DNA of 64,000 nucleotides, from NCBI GenBank assembly GCA_958009085.1, contig OY253668.1:1-64000 (forward strand), written 5' to 3'. Origin of the DNA: Protoeuglena noctilucae. Taxonomy: Eukaryota. The notes beneath the pieces are model-generated. The model did no database searches. It was not told the origin of the DNA and saw only the letters and a list, made by a program, of their open reading frames with translations. This document shows positions 61,001 to 64,000 of this stretch, in pieces. Position numbers and translations under genes: made by a program. Numbering within the stretch: position 1 is the stretch's first letter; each line of letters starts with the position of its first letter.

Positions 61001-62628
61001 GATGAGGGCGGGGCACGCGGTGAGGGGGTGGGGGGTGTGGTGGGGTGGGGTTGGGTGCGGGGTGAGGGGTAGTTGGGGTACCCATGTGGTAGTTGCCATG
61101 CATGTTCTGCATCCTCGCACACAGCACAATGCGCACGTCTGTGCATGCCGTTGTCCACCCCCTCATCCCTCCCACCTCTGTGCATACAATGGCCACCCCT
61201 CTCCATGCTCTTCCTGTCCCCCCCCTGCACTCAGTCCGTGGTGCGTCAGCGTCACCGATTCCTGTACGGCCACGACAGCCCACTGGTGCCCGCCATCGCC
61301 AGGGCACTCATGGGGGAGAGTGCCAGTGACGGTGTCAGCACGTGGGGCGCGAGCGACGGAGCGAGTGGGGGTTACCGACCACGGCCCAGCGACGGCAACC
61401 ATGGGGGCGCTGTTAATGAGAGCGAGGCAGACGCGGGGCCTGTGCAGTCGAATGACGCACGCGCTGGCAGTGCAGGGGGTGGGGTGGATGCCGGGGTTGC
61501 GGGTGGCAGTGCGGGTGCGGGTGCGGGTGAAAGCGGGTGGCTGCACCGGCGCCCTGTGTTTGCGTACGGGGTGGGGCGGAGTGCGGTGGTGGCGAGTGAG
61601 GATGAGCGGGGCAGGCCGTGGCGGGCGGTGTGCCGGGACGTGGGGGTGGGGGATCCTGGGGGGGCGCAGGTGAGGGGGTGGGGTGGGCATGTGGTTGAGG
61701 GTGGCGGTGGTGGGGGGCATGGGGGTGAGATGGGGTGGGGTGCGTGCGTGAGGGTGGTTGGGATGATTGGAGGTTGCATGGGTGAGGGAGAGATGGGAGG
61801 CATGGTGAGGGTGGTGGAGGGGGTGGGTGTTGCGAGGGGCACAGCAGCAGTGATAGGCGATCAATCTGCATTGCTCATCCCCTCTCCACCTCACTTGCCA
61901 CCCCCCTTCCCCTCTCCCATCTCTCCTCCACCCCACCCTCTCTCATTACCCACTCCTCCCACCCTCTCATCATCCGACCCTCTCTTCTCACCCCCCCCTT
62001 TCCTCAGATCCCCGACTGGGTGCGCAGTTGGGTTTTGAAGGAAGAAATGCCCCAGGGACTCATGGAGCGATACCGGGCACAGAACGACTCCAAAATCACC
62101 TTCTACCTCACCCCCGAGCCGAGGTGCGGGCTGCCGGAGCTGCCGCAGCCCATGCTGGTCGCGCCAAAGATCCTGCAAGTGCGCAAGGCGGCCACGTACG
62201 TGCAGCAGCGGCTGGGGGAGGCGGGGCGCGTGTGCCGGGTGCGGGATCCGGCAGAGGGGGGCGTGGGAGAGGGGAGGGAGGGGGTGGTGGAGCTGCTGGC
62301 GGTGGGGAGGGCGGGTGAGTGGGGGAGAGGGGCGGTGGGGGTGGGGGTGGGGGAGGTGGTAGTGAAGAGGGCAGGTTTGAGTGGGGCCTGCGATTACCAC
62401 ACCCACTTCACCGCACCCTTCTCTTCCCTTTCTCTCAAGCACTCTCAATCACTATACCTCTCATTACCCCACCCCCTCCCCTCCCCCCCAGTCCCCTGGT
62501 CCCTCACCCTTGTGGCTCTCAAGCACTACGTCTTCAAGGGCAGCGACGTGCAGCTGACTTTCCGGCCCCTGGGCCCGGACGGACCCGCGCCTGTGCTGAC
62601 CATCGAGCCACCGGCCAAGGATGGGTAG
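58003..62628 (+). CDS. WDR48: WD repeat protein 48 (UAF1/LRS1), USP activator
   Basis: RKVTVTL, LFSASRDSTIKRW, FEGHSDWVND, LLSGGADRTVRLWDLGQHRC, SWFLADTKLGCLSLTL, KLNFG, ILQVRK, LTLVALKHYVFK. Confidence 0.92.
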
Positions 62629-63699
62629 AGGTCGATGACGGGGTGCGTGCGGTGACTGGTTAAAAGATGACGGGTCACAGTGACTGGTCACGAGATGACT
62701 GGTTACAATGATTGTTGACATGATGGTCGCTCGCCAACACACCACCGGCCAAGGATGGTGGGTAGAGGTCGATTGGTGGCATCCATGCAGTGACTGGTCA
62801 GACCATGATGGTGTTTCGACACGTGCGCTTTTGCTCGATGTTCAAAATGTGAAGGGCCGCTCCAAATCTCGCGTCATGGGACCGCCGTTGCTGTCTTGCC
62901 GCGGTGCGCTTGCGACCTACGAGACGCGGGTGCAGCCGGGGCCTCGCAAAAAAGGGTGCATGAGAGCCCCATGCATGAGGGGGCGCAAGGCGCGGTGCAA
63001 GCAACGGGGCGGGCGCGCAGGCGCAAAGCAACTGCGCACGCGGCTGCGGCGAGCGGAGCGGAGCGGAGCGGTTGGTGGGGGATCACGCAGATCGCGGCTG
63101 TCTGGGGCCTAAGGGCTCTGTGCGGGAGACGCGGGCAATGCCGCCGGGCACTGAAATGGCTCCTGGCGGGGGCTGCCCTCCCTGCCCCGGGTGGGTGGCT
63201 GAAGGAAACGGGATGCACAATGCAAGAAACTGACAGAAGGCTAAACGAGCAGGGAACGGATGGTAGAGAGACGGGATAAGCCCGGTGGGCGGGGGGGGTG
63301 GGGGGGTTGGGGGAAGTGGCAGGGTGCACTGCACGAGGGACGCAGTGTGAGATGCCATGTCTTGGCTGTCAGTGGCTGGGTCGGTTGTGGCTGTCAGTGG
63401 TGGCTGTCGATGAGCGGAGTGGTGAGGCGCTGCGTGTCGATGCCTCGAGAGATGGGGCGCCGCCTGTCCGTGCCTGTCGATGCTTGGTTGGTGGTGGCTG
63501 TCGGTGGGTGGAGTGGCGAGGCGCCACTGGCCTCGGGAGAGGTATGAGAAGGGGTGTCTGCGGGATGCGGGGAGCGTGGGGTGAGAGGAACTGGATAAGT
63601 GAGACTGGATATGTGAGAGACCTGGTTGGGCAATAGCCATATGCCGCGCTCCGCTCACCGCCACGTTCGCTCGGCCGCTGCCACGAGCCAGCTTGGCCG

Positions 63700-64000
63700 T
63701 CAGCCGATGAGGGTGCCGTTGACGGCGGCGGAGGCGCCGAGTCGACTCACGACGTCGTTGCATCCGCACCCGCGGATGCTCCCCCCCTGCACCGTCACGC
63801 GGCTGCCCTCCCCGTGCGCAAACACACCCGCCAGCCGGCAGTCGGCCACCTCCACGTCGCTCAGCTGCAGCACGGCGCCCTCCTGGCACGCCACGCCGTG
63901 CGACTCCTTCGCGCCCGTCACGGTACCGCCCCGGAAGTCGACCGTCGACCCCCGCCCGTGCACCAGCAGCCCCGTGACCTTACAGTCCTCGATCCGCACC
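63700..64000 (-). CDS. 3' end of a right-handed beta-helix repeat protein (continues beyond the window)
   Basis: GLLVHGRGSTVDF, HGVACQEGAVLQL, AGVFAHGEGSRVTV repeats; stop at 63700. Confidence 0.7.
   Translation of the reverse strand, partial: VRIEDCKVTGLLVHGRGSTVDFRGGTVTGAKESHGVACQEGAVLQLSDVEVADCRLAGVFAHGEGSRVTVQGGSIRGCGCNDVVSRLGASAAVNGTLIG

Noticed and set aside
1779..62490. Introner-type mobile introns
   Set aside because: I saw no shared sequence family or terminal inverted repeats between different introns, and the duplications are local and gene-specific.
341..64000. Hundreds of long overlapping antisense or alternative-frame ORFs
   Set aside because: These are expected from very high GC content. 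They are Pro/Arg/Gly-rich shadows with no motifs.

Overview
Chromosome end of a GC-rich, compact, intron-rich eukaryote, most likely a flagellated green alga. Evidence: plastid-type HCF101, MutS2, Obg, a SET/LSMT protein and Ddl, plus the ciliary dynein assembly factor DNAAF4. It uses the standard genetic code and a (TTAGGG)n telomere. After about 340 bp of telomere comes a decayed ATG16-like pseudogene cut off by the telomere, then about 20 tightly packed spliced genes: RPT6, MutS2, DNAAF4, SET/LSMT, ZIP, a PWI-RRM protein, HCF101, a 4-TM protein, an F-box/beta-helix protein, homoserine dehydrogenase, two hypotheticals, SAP-Ddl, SWEET, PIG-M, an ankyrin protein, Obg, WDR48 and a partial beta-helix protein. 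A 200-N gap lies at 39804-40003. The most striking signals concern intron architecture. (1) About a dozen near-perfect 20-40 nt echo copies of a gene's own exon ends or splice junctions sit in the adjacent intron. (2) At least 21 frame-supported non-canonical AG|GC splice donors occur. (3) Long introns have a G-rich 5' half and a C-rich 3' half that could fold back. A plastid-type D-Ala-D-Ala ligase also appears fused to N-terminal SAP-like DNA-binding repeats. All gene models were built by eye, and exon boundaries are unverified without RNA-seq.
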